The position numbers were made by a program, and so were the translations under genes. A stretch of 64,000 bases of DNA from Candidatus Latescibacterota bacterium (GTDB lineage: Bacteria; Latescibacterota; UBA2968): NCBI GenBank assembly GCA_965207885.1, contig OZ242311.1, forward strand, positions 1-64,000, read 5' to 3'. Below the pieces are notes generated by a model. It worked only from the letters and a program-made list of their open reading frames with translations, was not told where the DNA came from and ran no database searches. Positions within the stretch are counted from its first letter, which is position 1; every line of letters begins with the position of its first letter. Positions 49,619 to 59,897 of the stretch are shown here, in pieces.

Positions 49619-50620
49619 TCAATCCCAGGGCAGCGGAACCCCCAGACGCGCGCTAACCTCGCGTGCGTTTTCCTGTTCCATCTCGCCATAGCGAATACCC
49701 TCGGCGCGATGGAGTGCCATGCGCTCTTCTTCAATTGCACCTGGCAGCAACGCGCGGTCCTGTCCCGGCATCGGCTCGTACGTCTCGCGCACCGTTCTCA
49801 CCATGTGATCTGACTCAGCCCGGAAAACCTCCTCGGAAACCGCCTGATCAACGCGGATCGCAAGAACACAACCACCCGCACCTGACGAGGGCCATTTCTC
49901 CTTCATCTCATGAGAAGACGGAAGACCGGTCCCCGCCAACCCCCCCCCCATAATCGAAGCCACCGCCGTGTACCCAATACTCTTAAAAAACGCCGCTGGA
50001 ATCATCTCGAACAAAGCCTCAAACTCCGGACCCCGCTGGTAATCCGCCAAAATACAGGTCGCCGCATCCAGAACAATCGGAGGCTCGTCCCCAGAGGGAA
50101 TCGCAAAACATATTGGAGGATTGCCAAAATAGCCGAGAAGCGGTCCCCTGCCATCCCTCTTTGCATTTCCCTGCTGCCTGCCCTGCACGCAAAAACCAAT
50201 ACACCCCGCCTCGGAACACATCCGCGCATAATGACCCGCCGAACCAATATGTCCCACATGCCGCGCCAGCCCCATACCCATACCCACCTCTCTCGCTTTG
50301 CGAATCGCGTGCTCTGCCGCACGCACCATCGGGAGATACCCCACCGTACCATCCCCATCAATAACAGCACACGTCGGCGTCTCACCGATCACCCGCACAT
50401 TGGGACGCGGATTGAGACTCCCATTTTCAAAACTCTTGCAATAGCCATTCACAGTCCGCGTACCGTGGCTGCGAACACCTCGCAGATCGCTATTGACCAG
50501 CAGGCGACTGATAACCCGCGCGTGCTCGATCTCAAGCCCCGCCTTCTCAAAACAAGCCGCAGCAAAATCCAGAAGGCGATCTTCATAGACGTGAACAAAA
50601 GATTCAGGAGGTTGATTCAT
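49619..50620 (-). CDS. Ldh_2 family (malate/L-lactate/L-sulfolactate-type) oxidoreductase
   Basis: 'SDLRGVRSHG', 'H.G.AGHY', 'GNPPICFAIP', 'LDAAT', 'LPG'. Confidence 0.88.
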   Translation of the reverse strand: MNQPPESFVHVYEDRLLDFAAACFEKAGLEIEHARVISRLLVNSDLRGVRSHGTRTVNGYCKSFENGSLNPRPNVRVIGETPTCAVIDGDGTVGYLPMVRAAEHAIRKAREVGMGMGLARHVGHIGSAGHYARMCSEAGCIGFCVQGRQQGNAKRDGRGPLLGYFGNPPICFAIPSGDEPPIVLDAATCILADYQRGPEFEALFEMIPAAFFKSIGYTAVASIMGGGLAGTGLPSSHEMKEKWPSSGAGGCVLAIRVDQAVSEEVFRAESDHMVRTVRETYEPMPGQDRALLPGAIEEERMALHRAEGIRYGEMEQENAREVSARLGVPLPWD

Positions 50621-50686
50621 AGGAAAAATCCAAACGTAAAAGGTAAAAAATAAAGAATATTATCTCTCTTAATAATATCTATGTAT

Positions 50687-50947
50687 TTAGCGTTGATATA
50701 CGTCGCGCCGATGAGCGATACGATTGATGATAACGCGTTGATTTGCATCGTCAATTTCATAAAGAATGCGATAGTCTCCTACGCGAATACGCCACGAATT
50801 TGGGCGACCAACCAGTTTTTCTACACCTGAAGGACGTGGCTCAGATTCCAGTTGAAGAAGATGTCGGTTAATGCGTTGACGAATATGGCCCTGCAGCCTA
50901 CGGCGTTCTCGTTCTGCCGATGAACGCATGTGAACAGCGTAAGCCAT
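50687..50947 (-). CDS. RelE/ParE family toxin
   Basis: 'PRPSGVEKL.G...WRIRVGDYRILYEIDD...AHRRDVY'. Confidence 0.92.
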   Translation of the reverse strand: MAYAVHMRSSAERERRRLQGHIRQRINRHLLQLESEPRPSGVEKLVGRPNSWRIRVGDYRILYEIDDANQRVIINRIAHRRDVYQR

Positions 50948-50949
50948 TG

Positions 50950-51204
50950 CTATGGTACTTCTCCCGTTTCACGGAGCAAATCGCGCAAAGGCCGCGTTTC
51001 GCTATTCTCCTCATTCGCCTCATCCATTAACATGGCGTCAACAGCATCCTGTAGATGGGGAGGAAGCGTCTCCCAGTCTGTTTCCTGAGCGACCTTTTGA
51101 ATTAAAGTCTTGAAATCGTCATATCCAAGTATCACCTCAATGACCTCGCCCGAGTCATCATATACCCATTTTGGAGAACGTGGTTTTTCGAGAATGCGTG
51201 TCAT
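50950..51204 (-). CDS. Putative antitoxin
   Basis: Small acidic ORF directly upstream of relE. Confidence 0.7.
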   Translation of the reverse strand: MTRILEKPRSPKWVYDDSGEVIEVILGYDDFKTLIQKVAQETDWETLPPHLQDAVDAMLMDEANEENSETRPLRDLLRETGEVP

Positions 51205-51251
51205 ATTATCCTCAATCTACTTTGCTATCGTCTATTTTCCCGCCCCTCATC

Positions 51252-52085
51252 TCATGACCACAAATAAACCTCTGGGTCATCCTCAGACATGCCGATAAAC
51301 GACGCCAGCACCACGCGGGGCTGAGAGCCTGCGACAAAAGGAACTTCGTGAATCGTCTCCGAATAAAAAAAGTAAAGATCACCCGGTTCCAGACTGACCT
51401 GCACGCGCGCAATCCCCTCCTCCTCTGCGTACTCGCGAAACCGCCTCTCCTCGAGAGGGCGTTGAAACTCAGGCGACATAGGTGCCCTGTACAGGACCCC
51501 CTCGCCGCTATCACCTCGATCCTCGCTATTCTGAAAACACAGCACACCCGCAAACTGATGTCTGAACCGGGAAACCGTAAAATTGTAGCGCTTGGAACGC
51601 TTGGACACGGAATCGTAATGCGGGTAATGCCCCACGCCCTCGTGATAAGTTCTAAAAATAGAGGGACCGTAAAGACGACCGTCAACGCTCCGAGCCGTCA
51701 TAACCCGCTTATCCGGAAGCATCCTGGCAAGCGCATCGTACAGCGTCTTCACGGGATCCTCATACCCGTCAAACAAATACGAAAAAAGATCATGCGTCTG
51801 ACGAGAATGTTCGTAAAAAGCATCTGGATCATTCCCGTGGTGACCCAGACTCGTACCGATATCGACCCGCCGAGGACTACCATCACCCACCTTGCGCGGA
51901 TCGTAGAGCAAACCGCGCTCGTAAAACCGCTCAATAAGCGCCGCACAGTGATCCGACGGAAACGCGCGGCGCACGATAACAGCGGGAATATCGCTCGCCA
52001 TCATCGCATCGAACGGCCGCGGAACCTGCGCGAGAATCTCATCAACCGTACCCTCAACAGGGGACCAGACCACTGTTTGAGACAT
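51252..52085 (-). CDS. Fe(II)/2-oxoglutarate dioxygenase-like protein
   Basis: HYD...'PGDLYFF...IHEV...R' facial-triad pattern. Confidence 0.7.
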   Translation of the reverse strand: MSQTVVWSPVEGTVDEILAQVPRPFDAMMASDIPAVIVRRAFPSDHCAALIERFYERGLLYDPRKVGDGSPRRVDIGTSLGHHGNDPDAFYEHSRQTHDLFSYLFDGYEDPVKTLYDALARMLPDKRVMTARSVDGRLYGPSIFRTYHEGVGHYPHYDSVSKRSKRYNFTVSRFRHQFAGVLCFQNSEDRGDSGEGVLYRAPMSPEFQRPLEERRFREYAEEEGIARVQVSLEPGDLYFFYSETIHEVPFVAGSQPRVVLASFIGMSEDDPEVYLWS

Positions 52086-52096
52086 CGCAATTTCTC

Positions 52097-52876
52097 CTAA
52101 TCTAAAAACTCAAGCACTCTCATTCGGTCAATCCAGCGCTGGCGCCTCAGATCTCCGTGGACATTTGCCAGCCAATGCGGCGGATGGATCGGCTCTGCAG
52201 GGCGATCGAATCTGACCGCAGTATCCGCATTCGACCTCCCCTGCTCCCGCGTCACACGCTCTTCCTCAGCAGTCTTGGGATTATTGTAATAGACAACCGT
52301 ACACATCCGGCGATCAACACCACCACCAAGACTCGCATGCCAGAGCCGCAGGTCAAAAGCCACCACATCTCCCGGCTCTGACGCACACACAAAAGCCGGC
52401 ACCTCGTCGAGATCCAGGCGAGACGCTTCTCGTGCCTGTCGCAACTCATCGTGAAAAGGGCATATATGTGAACCCGGTAACACGCGCAACGCGCCACTTT
52501 GTGCATCCACTGGCTTGAGATAAAAAGCGAACTTAACGCCATACTGGTGAGGACTCCGCGTATCCGGATGCCACTGCGTATCGCCCACATAGCGATTGGC
52601 ATCGCAAGCCACGCCAAACACATCCTCCCCGTAGAGTTGCTCTGCCACCCTGCAAAACCTGAGATCTTCCAGCAAACCCGCGAAAAAGGGCGTATTCGAT
52701 CCCAGCATAGGCACCCAATGCCGACGCGTACCGTCAAAAGGCGCATGTCGATACGCCGCTGTCAGAGCATGCTCGAACTCTTCGTTAATCGTCTTCAACT
52801 CGTCCTGATCAAACACCTGCCGAAGAATCAGAAATCCGAACGTCTTAAAATAATGAACCTCTTGCTCCGTCAGCAT
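52097..52876 (-). CDS. Phytanoyl-CoA dioxygenase (PhyH) family protein
   Basis: 'LT..V.YF.TFGFL', WHPD, 'GALRVLPGSH', 'PGDVVAFD...WHAS'. Confidence 0.9.
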   Translation of the reverse strand: MLTEQEVHYFKTFGFLILRQVFDQDELKTINEEFEHALTAAYRHAPFDGTRRHWVPMLGSNTPFFAGLLEDLRFCRVAEQLYGEDVFGVACDANRYVGDTQWHPDTRSPHQYGVKFAFYLKPVDAQSGALRVLPGSHICPFHDELRQAREASRLDLDEVPAFVCASEPGDVVAFDLRLWHASLGGGVDRRMCTVVYYNNPKTAEEERVTREQGRSNADTAVRFDRPAEPIHPPHWLANVHGDLRRQRWIDRMRVLEFLD

Positions 52877-52889
52877 AAGCCCCCCTATT

Positions 52890-53984
52890 CTAAGACACAG
52901 AACTCAAAGGCTCTGAAATCGCGGCAACCTTCTCCTCATCCAATTCCATCCCCAACCCCGGACCTTCTGGCAAAATCACATAACCCTTCTCGTATTGTAT
53001 GCGCTCCTTAACCACATCGCTCTCGTACAGCAACCCACCTGTCGGATCGCCCGGATAATCGAGATTTTCCACCACAGAACCAAACGTCGCCTGAGCCGCC
53101 ACGCCAATGGACAGCTCCTGCGTCGTACCCACCAGACACGACAGACCAGCCGCATCGGCAACCTGCGCGATATGCAGCGCATTTGTGAACCCCCCCGCGC
53201 CCGACAAACTGATATTGAAAATATCGACATACCGGTGCCGGGCAAACTGATAGGCCTGATCCAGTGAACTGACGTGCTCGCTGATGGGCAGATCAATGCG
53301 CTTTCGCACCTCGTATTGACCCTCCAGATCTCTCCGGTCAGAGACTGATTCCAGATGAAAAGGCCTGTAATACCTCAGCAAAACATCCAGCGCCTGCACA
53401 ACCCGTTTCCACTTATGCGCGCCGCTAAAATCGAGCGACTTCAACACAAACTGATCGCCCCAGGACGACTTCACCCCATCCAAAAAAATCTCATCCGCCT
53501 CCACATTGCCGCCGTGATACAACCGAAACAGATCCTGACCCTCCTTCATCCGGCGATTGACTCGCGCGATATTCGCCTCGGCATCTTCCCTGGAATAATT
53601 CCTGAAAATCGGATAACACACGCGCCACTTATCCCTCAGCGCTCCGCCAAATACACCTGCAACCGACTGCCCCTGGATCTTGCCGACCAAATCGAAAAGA
53701 CCGATCTCAAACCCCGCTCGAATCGCCCCACCCATGCGGAACCGGGACCTCGCTTCAATGGTAATCGTACGCCACGCCAGCGGATCCTTCCCCACGAGCA
53801 ACGACTCGTAGGCACCCTTGACATCATTGAGATCGTACATAACACTCCAGTCGTTCACATCGGACATCTCCCCCAGACCGATCAATCCCTCATCAGTGTG
53901 AATGCGAACAATAACGTGACGAGACAAATGTCCAGTCTCACGCCTCGACGCAACGGGAGTCAAATCAACGCTCGTGATCTTCAT
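52890..53984 (-). CDS. Mandelate racemase/muconate lactonizing enzyme family protein
   Basis: 'TDEGLIGLGE', 'LFDLVGK', 'PISEH', 'GPGLG'. Confidence 0.85.
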   Translation of the reverse strand: MKITSVDLTPVASRRETGHLSRHVIVRIHTDEGLIGLGEMSDVNDWSVMYDLNDVKGAYESLLVGKDPLAWRTITIEARSRFRMGGAIRAGFEIGLFDLVGKIQGQSVAGVFGGALRDKWRVCYPIFRNYSREDAEANIARVNRRMKEGQDLFRLYHGGNVEADEIFLDGVKSSWGDQFVLKSLDFSGAHKWKRVVQALDVLLRYYRPFHLESVSDRRDLEGQYEVRKRIDLPISEHVSSLDQAYQFARHRYVDIFNISLSGAGGFTNALHIAQVADAAGLSCLVGTTQELSIGVAAQATFGSVVENLDYPGDPTGGLLYESDVVKERIQYEKGYVILPEGPGLGMELDEEKVAAISEPLSSVS

Positions 53985-54104
53985 AACCACACTCCTTTGC
54001 CAGAAAAAGCATAACTATTTGGGCGTATTAACTTCAAACTAACGCATTTTTTTGGCAATATCAAGTATTACTGAGGACTGGGGACTGGATGACAGGCAAA
54101 ACCT

Positions 54105-54138
54105 CTGGATCGCGGCTCAACTTCACGCCGCAATGACA
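54105..54138. repeat. REP-like palindrome family A, copy 5
   Basis: CTGGATCGCGGC..GCCGCAATGACA; shares the GGCAAAACCT lead-in with copy 3. Confidence 0.8.
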
Positions 54139-54165
54139 GCGAATGGGGGCTAACCGCCGATCACT

Positions 54166-54999
54166 TCAATACTTTCGCGCCAGCGGATCTGCACCGAGAA
54201 CATTGGGATGGGCAATTGCATTGCGGAGGGCTGTATAGAGAGGAAGAAGGCACTCGACATTTTGCGCGAGAGATCGTATCACAAAAAGATCGGACCTTGG
54301 GGAAGCAAAGGAAAGCAAAAGAGAACCCTGCGAGGGTTTCAACAAAGGAGTGAGCGATTGGGAAAGACTTTTGACCAGATATGCAAATCTCACAGAAGAA
54401 CCAGCAACAAAAATATTAAAAACAACACCATAAACCCCAAAAGCGCCCGCATATACCGGCGACAACGTCCCCGGCTCAGAATAATAGCGCTCCACCAGAA
54501 CCGGACGTTCGGGCGTATGCACAGTAATATCAGACCGGTAACTCGTGTACCCAAAACACTCGCCAAAAGCCACGCGTCCAGCCGTATGACCATCAGCCAG
54601 CACCAGACACGAATCAGACCCCAGATGCCACGTCTGCGCCTGCTCAAAAACACTTCGCGAGTATGGAACAACGGGATCGGGCAAAACAACGGCAAGGCTC
54701 CCGGCTTCCACCGCACCGCTAATTATCTGCTTACACGGAATACCATTGGGACTCTTATAAACTTTGGTAAACGCCTGAGTACCCAGATAAAGAGATGCCC
54801 CCTCACCACAGCGCACACACAGCGTCGTCGCATCCCCCTCCACCATACCGCCCCCATAACTGGAAAGCACAATAGCGCAATATTCGCCCTGCGCGGCGGG
54901 ATTGAGCAACTTCAAAGGTGCAACTGAGCGACAGGCAGTAAGGACAGAACGGGAGCCATTGCGAGTCACCTCAATTTGGGAAGGGAGGGGAGACATCAT
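54166..54999 (-). CDS. ureD: Urease accessory protein UreD
   Basis: 'PLKL', 'YGGGMVEGD', 'TQAFTKVYK', 'LPDPV', 'GR...GE.F'. Confidence 0.9.
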   Translation of the reverse strand: MMSPLPSQIEVTRNGSRSVLTACRSVAPLKLLNPAAQGEYCAIVLSSYGGGMVEGDATTLCVRCGEGASLYLGTQAFTKVYKSPNGIPCKQIISGAVEAGSLAVVLPDPVVPYSRSVFEQAQTWHLGSDSCLVLADGHTAGRVAFGECFGYTSYRSDITVHTPERPVLVERYYSEPGTLSPVYAGAFGVYGVVFNIFVAGSSVRFAYLVKSLSQSLTPLLKPSQGSLLLSFASPRSDLFVIRSLAQNVECLLPLYTALRNAIAHPNVLGADPLARKY

Positions 55000-55727
55000 C
55001 GCGCCTGAGGTAACAGAACAGACCTGCGTGCATCGAGAACATGCTCAATAATCTCATCAAGCCCCGACCCGTGTTTGAGACAGGCAAAAAGCGTGGGACC
55101 ATCGCCGCGCATCTTCTTTGCATCTCGCGCCATAACCCCCAGGTCTGCGCCAATGAGATCGGCCAGATCGGTCTTATTAATAACCAGCAAATCCGATTGG
55201 GTAATACCCGGACCACCCTTTCGGGGAATCTTGTCCCCAGCGGAGACATCAATCACATAAATCGCGTAATCAACCAACTCCTTGCTAAAATGCGCCGCCA
55301 GATTATCGCCGCCACTCTCCACAAAAAGCAGATCGATATCGCACCCAAAGCGAATCATCAAATCCTCGAGCGCATTCAAATTGAGCGAAATATCCTCCCG
55401 AATAGCTGCATGCGGGCATCCGCCCGTCTCAACCCCAATAATGCGATCGGCCTCAAGCGCCTTGTGACGCAAAAGAAACTCAGCATCTTCGCGTGTAAAA
55501 ATATCATTCGTAACCACGCCGAGACTGAAGCGATCGCGCAGAGCTTCGCACAGCACGCGAACAAGCGCCGTCTTCCCCGTACCCACCGGACCACCAACCC
55601 CCACGGTAAACGCCCGCTGAGAAAAATCGCGGTCATAGAGAACCGACTCGCGCAAAGTAAAGTCACCCGGAGAATCAAAAGGCTCGTGAGAATGATCGTG
55701 GCCGTGATGGTGATGATGATTGTGCAT
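54996..55727 (-). CDS. ureG: Urease accessory GTPase UreG with His-rich N-terminus
   Basis: [26 protein letters not shown]. Confidence 0.97.
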   Translation of the reverse strand: MHNHHHHHGHDHSHEPFDSPGDFTLRESVLYDRDFSQRAFTVGVGGPVGTGKTALVRVLCEALRDRFSLGVVTNDIFTREDAEFLLRHKALEADRIIGVETGGCPHAAIREDISLNLNALEDLMIRFGCDIDLLFVESGGDNLAAHFSKELVDYAIYVIDVSAGDKIPRKGGPGITQSDLLVINKTDLADLIGADLGVMARDAKKMRGDGPTLFACLKHGSGLDEIIEHVLDARRSVLLPQAR

Positions 55728-55784
55728 AGAAAATCCTTTAATTTAACATACGGATCAAAGTAACCGATACCTGGAAATTTGCAC

Positions 55785-55847
55785 TGATTTGGGGAACGCT
55801 GGGCGGGGTTCGTTGATTCGTCTATTCGTCTATTCGTCTATTCGTCT
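55785..55847. repeat. Octamer-array element, copy 3 (single arm)
   Basis: TGATTTGGGGAACGCTGGGCGGGGTTCG, TTGATTCG, (TCTATTCG)x3. Confidence 0.85.
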
Positions 55848-55848
55848 T

Positions 55849-56517
55849 TCAACTCTGAAACAACCGCGAATACAAATACTCGTGCATACCCTGTGCAATA
55901 TCCCACTGGGGCGCACAGCGCGTCGCACACGTATAATCTACCTGCGCGACAGAAGTCACAGCATTAATCGCCGTCTTGTGATGATGTTTTTGCAACCGCG
56001 CAGCTTCGAGAGGCCCAATCTGCCCCAGGCGAACAGCTGCACTGATCTGATCGCGCAAAAACTGATACATAAAAATCCGACACGTCTGCCCGCGTTTAAG
56101 CCCCGCAATCCGGAACGTCGCACCAAAAACAATCGTATAATGAGCCGGCACAGGTTGCGAAAGTAAGATTTTGTGCAACCGCGTCATCGCATCGGAAAAA
56201 TACAAATCGCGCATCAGCCGCAGCAAATTGCGCCCTTGCACCTCACTGCCGCGGACAATCGCCGGTGCCGTAAGCATCGCGTCGTACGCGAGCAGCATAT
56301 CCGTCAAATTTGCGGGAATCAAATCACCCTTAAAACACGCATTAACAAACGGAATCTCACTATTTGCCGTCGCGTGAATCACCGTTTGAAGATACGCATC
56401 CAGATCATCAGAAGACCGCAACAACCCCATCTGTTTGGTGGCCTCCAGCCCATAGGAAAAAGCATATCCACCCGTAGGGAAATTGCTATCGGCAAGTGTG
56501 AGAAGATCGAATAGCAT
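55849..56517 (-). CDS. ureF: Urease accessory protein UreF
   Basis: 'LADSNFPTGGYAFSYGLE', 'SAAVRL...GP', 'HE.LYSRLFQS'. Confidence 0.95.
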   Translation of the reverse strand: MLFDLLTLADSNFPTGGYAFSYGLEATKQMGLLRSSDDLDAYLQTVIHATANSEIPFVNACFKGDLIPANLTDMLLAYDAMLTAPAIVRGSEVQGRNLLRLMRDLYFSDAMTRLHKILLSQPVPAHYTIVFGATFRIAGLKRGQTCRIFMYQFLRDQISAAVRLGQIGPLEAARLQKHHHKTAINAVTSVAQVDYTCATRCAPQWDIAQGMHEYLYSRLFQS

Positions 56518-56519
56518 AA

Positions 56520-58223
56520 TCAAAACAAATTATAAAGCTGCGCCAGCGGCAATTTCTCTGCCGCCTCACAGGTAAGCAATTCGCCATTGACCGTAACGCT
56601 ATAAGTCTCCGGATCAATGTGAATATCGGGAATAAAATCATTGAGCTTCATATCCCTCTTCCCAATATCCCGACAATTGGACACCGCAACAACGCTCTTG
56701 GACAGATCATAAGACCCAACCGTATCCAGCGAAATCCTGGAGACAAAAGCGAGAGACGCAGAACCCACGGCATTGCCATAAGCGCCGAACATCGGACGCG
56801 GATACACGGGTTGCGGCGTGGGAATCGAAGCATTTGGATCGCCCATCTGCGAATATGCGATTATGCCTCCCTTAATCACCATCTCGGGTTTTGCACCAAA
56901 AAAAGATGGCTTCCAGAGCACCAGATCCGCGAGCTTGCCCACCTCAACCGAACCGATATAATCGCTCAAACCATGAGCCGTCGCGGGATTAATCGTATAT
57001 TTGGCGATATACCGCTTCACACGCCCATTATCATTCCCCTGATCGCCGCGCAGTGCACCGCGCTGCTCGCGCATCTTATGGGCGGTCTGCCACGTGCGAC
57101 AAATAACCTCCCCCACGCGCCCCATCGCCTGACTATCCGATGCAATAATCGACAGCGCCCCCATATCGTGCAAAATATCTTCTGCCGCAATCGTCTCCTG
57201 CCGAATGCGGCTCTCGGCAAAAGCCACATCCTCGGGTATATTTTTATCCAGATGATGGCACACCATAAGCATATCCAGATGCTCATCAATCGTATTCGCC
57301 GTAAAAGGCCGCGTGGGATTGGTGGAAGAAGGCAAAACATTCGCCTCGCCACAAAGACGCATAATATCCGGCGCGTGTCCCCCACCCGCACCCTCGGTGT
57401 GATACGTGTGAATCGTGCGCCCCTTAAAAGCCGCACAGCTCTGCTCCACAAAACCCGACTCATTGAGCGTATCCGTATGAATCGCCACCTGAACATCGTA
57501 TTCATCGGCAACCGAAAGACAGGAATCAATAGCAGCAGGCGTCGTACCCCAGTCCTCGTGGAGTTTAAGCCCGCATGCACCCCCTTCAATCTGCTCAATA
57601 AGCCCCTGCGGAAGCGAAGAATTGCCCTTGCCCAAAAAACCAAAATTGAGGGGAAAGGCATCACTCGACTCCAGCATCATGCGAATGTGATGCGCCCCCG
57701 GTGTACACGTCGTAGCATTGGTCCCTGTCGCCGGACCCGTACCGCCACCCAGCATAGTCGTAATACCCGAAGCTATCGCCTCTTCAACCTGCTGAGGACA
57801 GATAAAATGGACATGCACATCGAGCGCGCCAGCCGTGAGCATATGACCTTCGCCCGCGATAACCTCGGTCGTAACCCCCACGATGAGATCGGAATCAACA
57901 CCCGACATAATATCGGGATTACCCGCCTTGCCAATACCGGCGACACGCCCGTCTTTAATCCCAATATCCGCTTTGTATATCCCCGTATAGTCAACGACAA
58001 GTGCATTGGTAATAACAAGATCCAGCGCCCTATCCTGCGACACACCCGTAGCCTGGCCCATGCCATCGCGGAGTACCTTACCCCCGCCAAACTTGCACTC
58101 ATCGCCGTAAATCGTATAATCGTTCTCCACTTCAACGACAAGATGGGTATCGCCCAATTGAACGCGGTCTCCCGTCGTGGGACCGTACATACTGGCATAA
58201 GCGATTCGGTCAATCTGAGACAT
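56520..58223 (-). CDS. ureC: Urease alpha subunit
   Basis: 'YGPTTGD', [35 protein letters not shown]. Confidence 0.98.
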   Translation of the reverse strand: MSQIDRIAYASMYGPTTGDRVQLGDTHLVVEVENDYTIYGDECKFGGGKVLRDGMGQATGVSQDRALDLVITNALVVDYTGIYKADIGIKDGRVAGIGKAGNPDIMSGVDSDLIVGVTTEVIAGEGHMLTAGALDVHVHFICPQQVEEAIASGITTMLGGGTGPATGTNATTCTPGAHHIRMMLESSDAFPLNFGFLGKGNSSLPQGLIEQIEGGACGLKLHEDWGTTPAAIDSCLSVADEYDVQVAIHTDTLNESGFVEQSCAAFKGRTIHTYHTEGAGGGHAPDIMRLCGEANVLPSSTNPTRPFTANTIDEHLDMLMVCHHLDKNIPEDVAFAESRIRQETIAAEDILHDMGALSIIASDSQAMGRVGEVICRTWQTAHKMREQRGALRGDQGNDNGRVKRYIAKYTINPATAHGLSDYIGSVEVGKLADLVLWKPSFFGAKPEMVIKGGIIAYSQMGDPNASIPTPQPVYPRPMFGAYGNAVGSASLAFVSRISLDTVGSYDLSKSVVAVSNCRDIGKRDMKLNDFIPDIHIDPETYSVTVNGELLTCEAAEKLPLAQLYNLF

Positions 58224-58974
58224 TTGGAATCCCCTTAAATCCACCATCCCCCGCCCTTTGCAAAGCCACTGCCTTATTCTCATCGATCTGCCCCGAAATA
58301 AGGCCATTACCCCCATAAACTGTGCGGTTGCCGGCAATAGCCACGAGATCAACCGTCCTGCTCTCGCCCGGTTCAAAACGCACGGCAGTACCAGATGGAA
58401 TATCGAGACGGAAGCCATAGGCTTTTTCGCGATCAAACGAAAGCGCGGGATTAACTTCAAAAAATGTATAATGCGAACCCACCTGTATCGGACGATCTCC
58501 GGTATTGGTCACAAAAAGAGAAATAGTCTCCCGGTCCGCATTGAGCGTAATTGGCTCAACCGCCGTGGTCCCGGCACCCGGCATTTCCGAAACCGCATTA
58601 TCCGGTGACCAGGGCGAGCGAACGCGCGCGAGACCCGAACCGTACAACGCGAGTTCAGAATCACCTTCTGCGCGGCAGATGGGATGGTGAACCGTCACGA
58701 GCTTCGTCCCATCGGGAAACGTACCCTCCACCTGCACCTCGTGAACCATATCCGGAACACCGGGCAAAACATCTTCCGTACCCAACAACTGCTTGCCCTT
58801 GTCCATAAGTATAGCAACGGACTCGCCATCGCGGATAAACTCGAGAAGCTGTGCCGCGATAAGCGACACGGCTTCGGGATAATTGAGACGCAAGCCCCGG
58901 GCATACCGCTTCTGCGCGAGAAAACCCGCGTTGTGGAGCATCAATTTGTCAATTTCTTTTGGCGATAAATACAT
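58210..58974 (-). CDS. ureA: Fused urease gamma/beta subunit
   Basis: 'LNYPEA', '[14 protein letters not shown]', then '[13 protein letters not shown]', 'GTAVRFEPG'. Confidence 0.96.
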   Translation of the reverse strand: MYLSPKEIDKLMLHNAGFLAQKRYARGLRLNYPEAVSLIAAQLLEFIRDGESVAILMDKGKQLLGTEDVLPGVPDMVHEVQVEGTFPDGTKLVTVHHPICRAEGDSELALYGSGLARVRSPWSPDNAVSEMPGAGTTAVEPITLNADRETISLFVTNTGDRPIQVGSHYTFFEVNPALSFDREKAYGFRLDIPSGTAVRFEPGESRTVDLVAIAGNRTVYGGNGLISGQIDENKAVALQRAGDGGFKGIPNVSD

Positions 58975-58991
58975 GGAAAATCCCTTACAAG

Positions 58992-59142
58992 CGAATCAAC
59001 GAATCAGCGAATCAACGAATCAGCGAATCAACGAATCAGCGAATCAACGAACCCCGCCCATCCTCCCAAAGCATGTGCTGACATGATGTAAGTCAGTATC
59101 AGTATGTATGCCAATTCGTCTATTCGTCTATTCGTCTATTCG
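58992..59142. repeat. Inverted octamer-array element, copy 4
   Basis: (CGAATCAR)x7, CGAACCCCGCCCATCCTCCCAAA, 43-bp spacer, (TCTATTCG)x3. Confidence 0.9.
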
Positions 59143-59157
59143 TGCTTTAATCCCTGA

Positions 59158-59877
59158 TTAAAACGTGAGATACTGCTTAATACTCTCATCCGACAGCTCA
59201 TCCGCAGAACCGCACAACGCAACCGTTCCGCGATCCATCAAATAGAAATAATCGGCAATCTGCCGGGCAAAATCAAAGTACTGCTCCACCAGAATAATGG
59301 TGAGATTCCCTTTATCCTTCAGATGGATCAACACATTCTCGATATCGAGAATAATCGAAGGCTGAATACCTTCTGTAGGCTCGTCCAGAATGAGAATATC
59401 CGGATCGCCAACGAGCGCACGGGCAATGGCGAGTTGCTGTTGCTGCCCACCACTGAGATTACCCCCCATTCGATCTTGCATATCGGCCAACACGGGAAAA
59501 AGGTCGTAAATCAGATCCTCCGGCAGAGATGCAAGGCCATCTGTACGCGCTTCCAGGCCAATTTGCAAATTCTCATACACCGTCAACCTGGGAAAAATCT
59601 CGCGCCCTTGCGGCACATAACTCAAACCCGCGCGCGCCCGCAAATCCGGTGCCTGCCCCGTTATATCCTCACCATTCAATAGAATATTCCCTCGCCGAGG
59701 ACGCAACAGACCCATGATCGTCTTAATAAGCGTCGTCTTCCCAACGCCATTGCGACCCATAACCGCCACAATAGCCCCCCTGGGAATATCCATATCAATA
59801 TCGCGTAAGATCAGACTCTCGCCGTAATAAACATCCAGACCTCGAACGGTAAGCACAGTATCTGTGATCGTCGTCAT
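59158..59877 (-). CDS. urtE: Urea ABC transporter ATPase UrtE
   Basis: GRNGVGKT, YVPQGREIF, LSGGQQQQ, DEPTEGIQPS. Confidence 0.95.
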   Translation of the reverse strand: MTTITDTVLTVRGLDVYYGESLILRDIDMDIPRGAIVAVMGRNGVGKTTLIKTIMGLLRPRRGNILLNGEDITGQAPDLRARAGLSYVPQGREIFPRLTVYENLQIGLEARTDGLASLPEDLIYDLFPVLADMQDRMGGNLSGGQQQQLAIARALVGDPDILILDEPTEGIQPSIILDIENVLIHLKDKGNLTIILVEQYFDFARQIADYFYLMDRGTVALCGSADELSDESIKQYLTF

Positions 59878-59897
59878 TAAAATCCTATCCCATCCAT

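Noticed and set aside
59098-59113. Sigma54 promoter for ureA within the copy-4 spacer
   Set aside because: Minus strand TGGCATACATACTGAT has GA rather than GC at -12.
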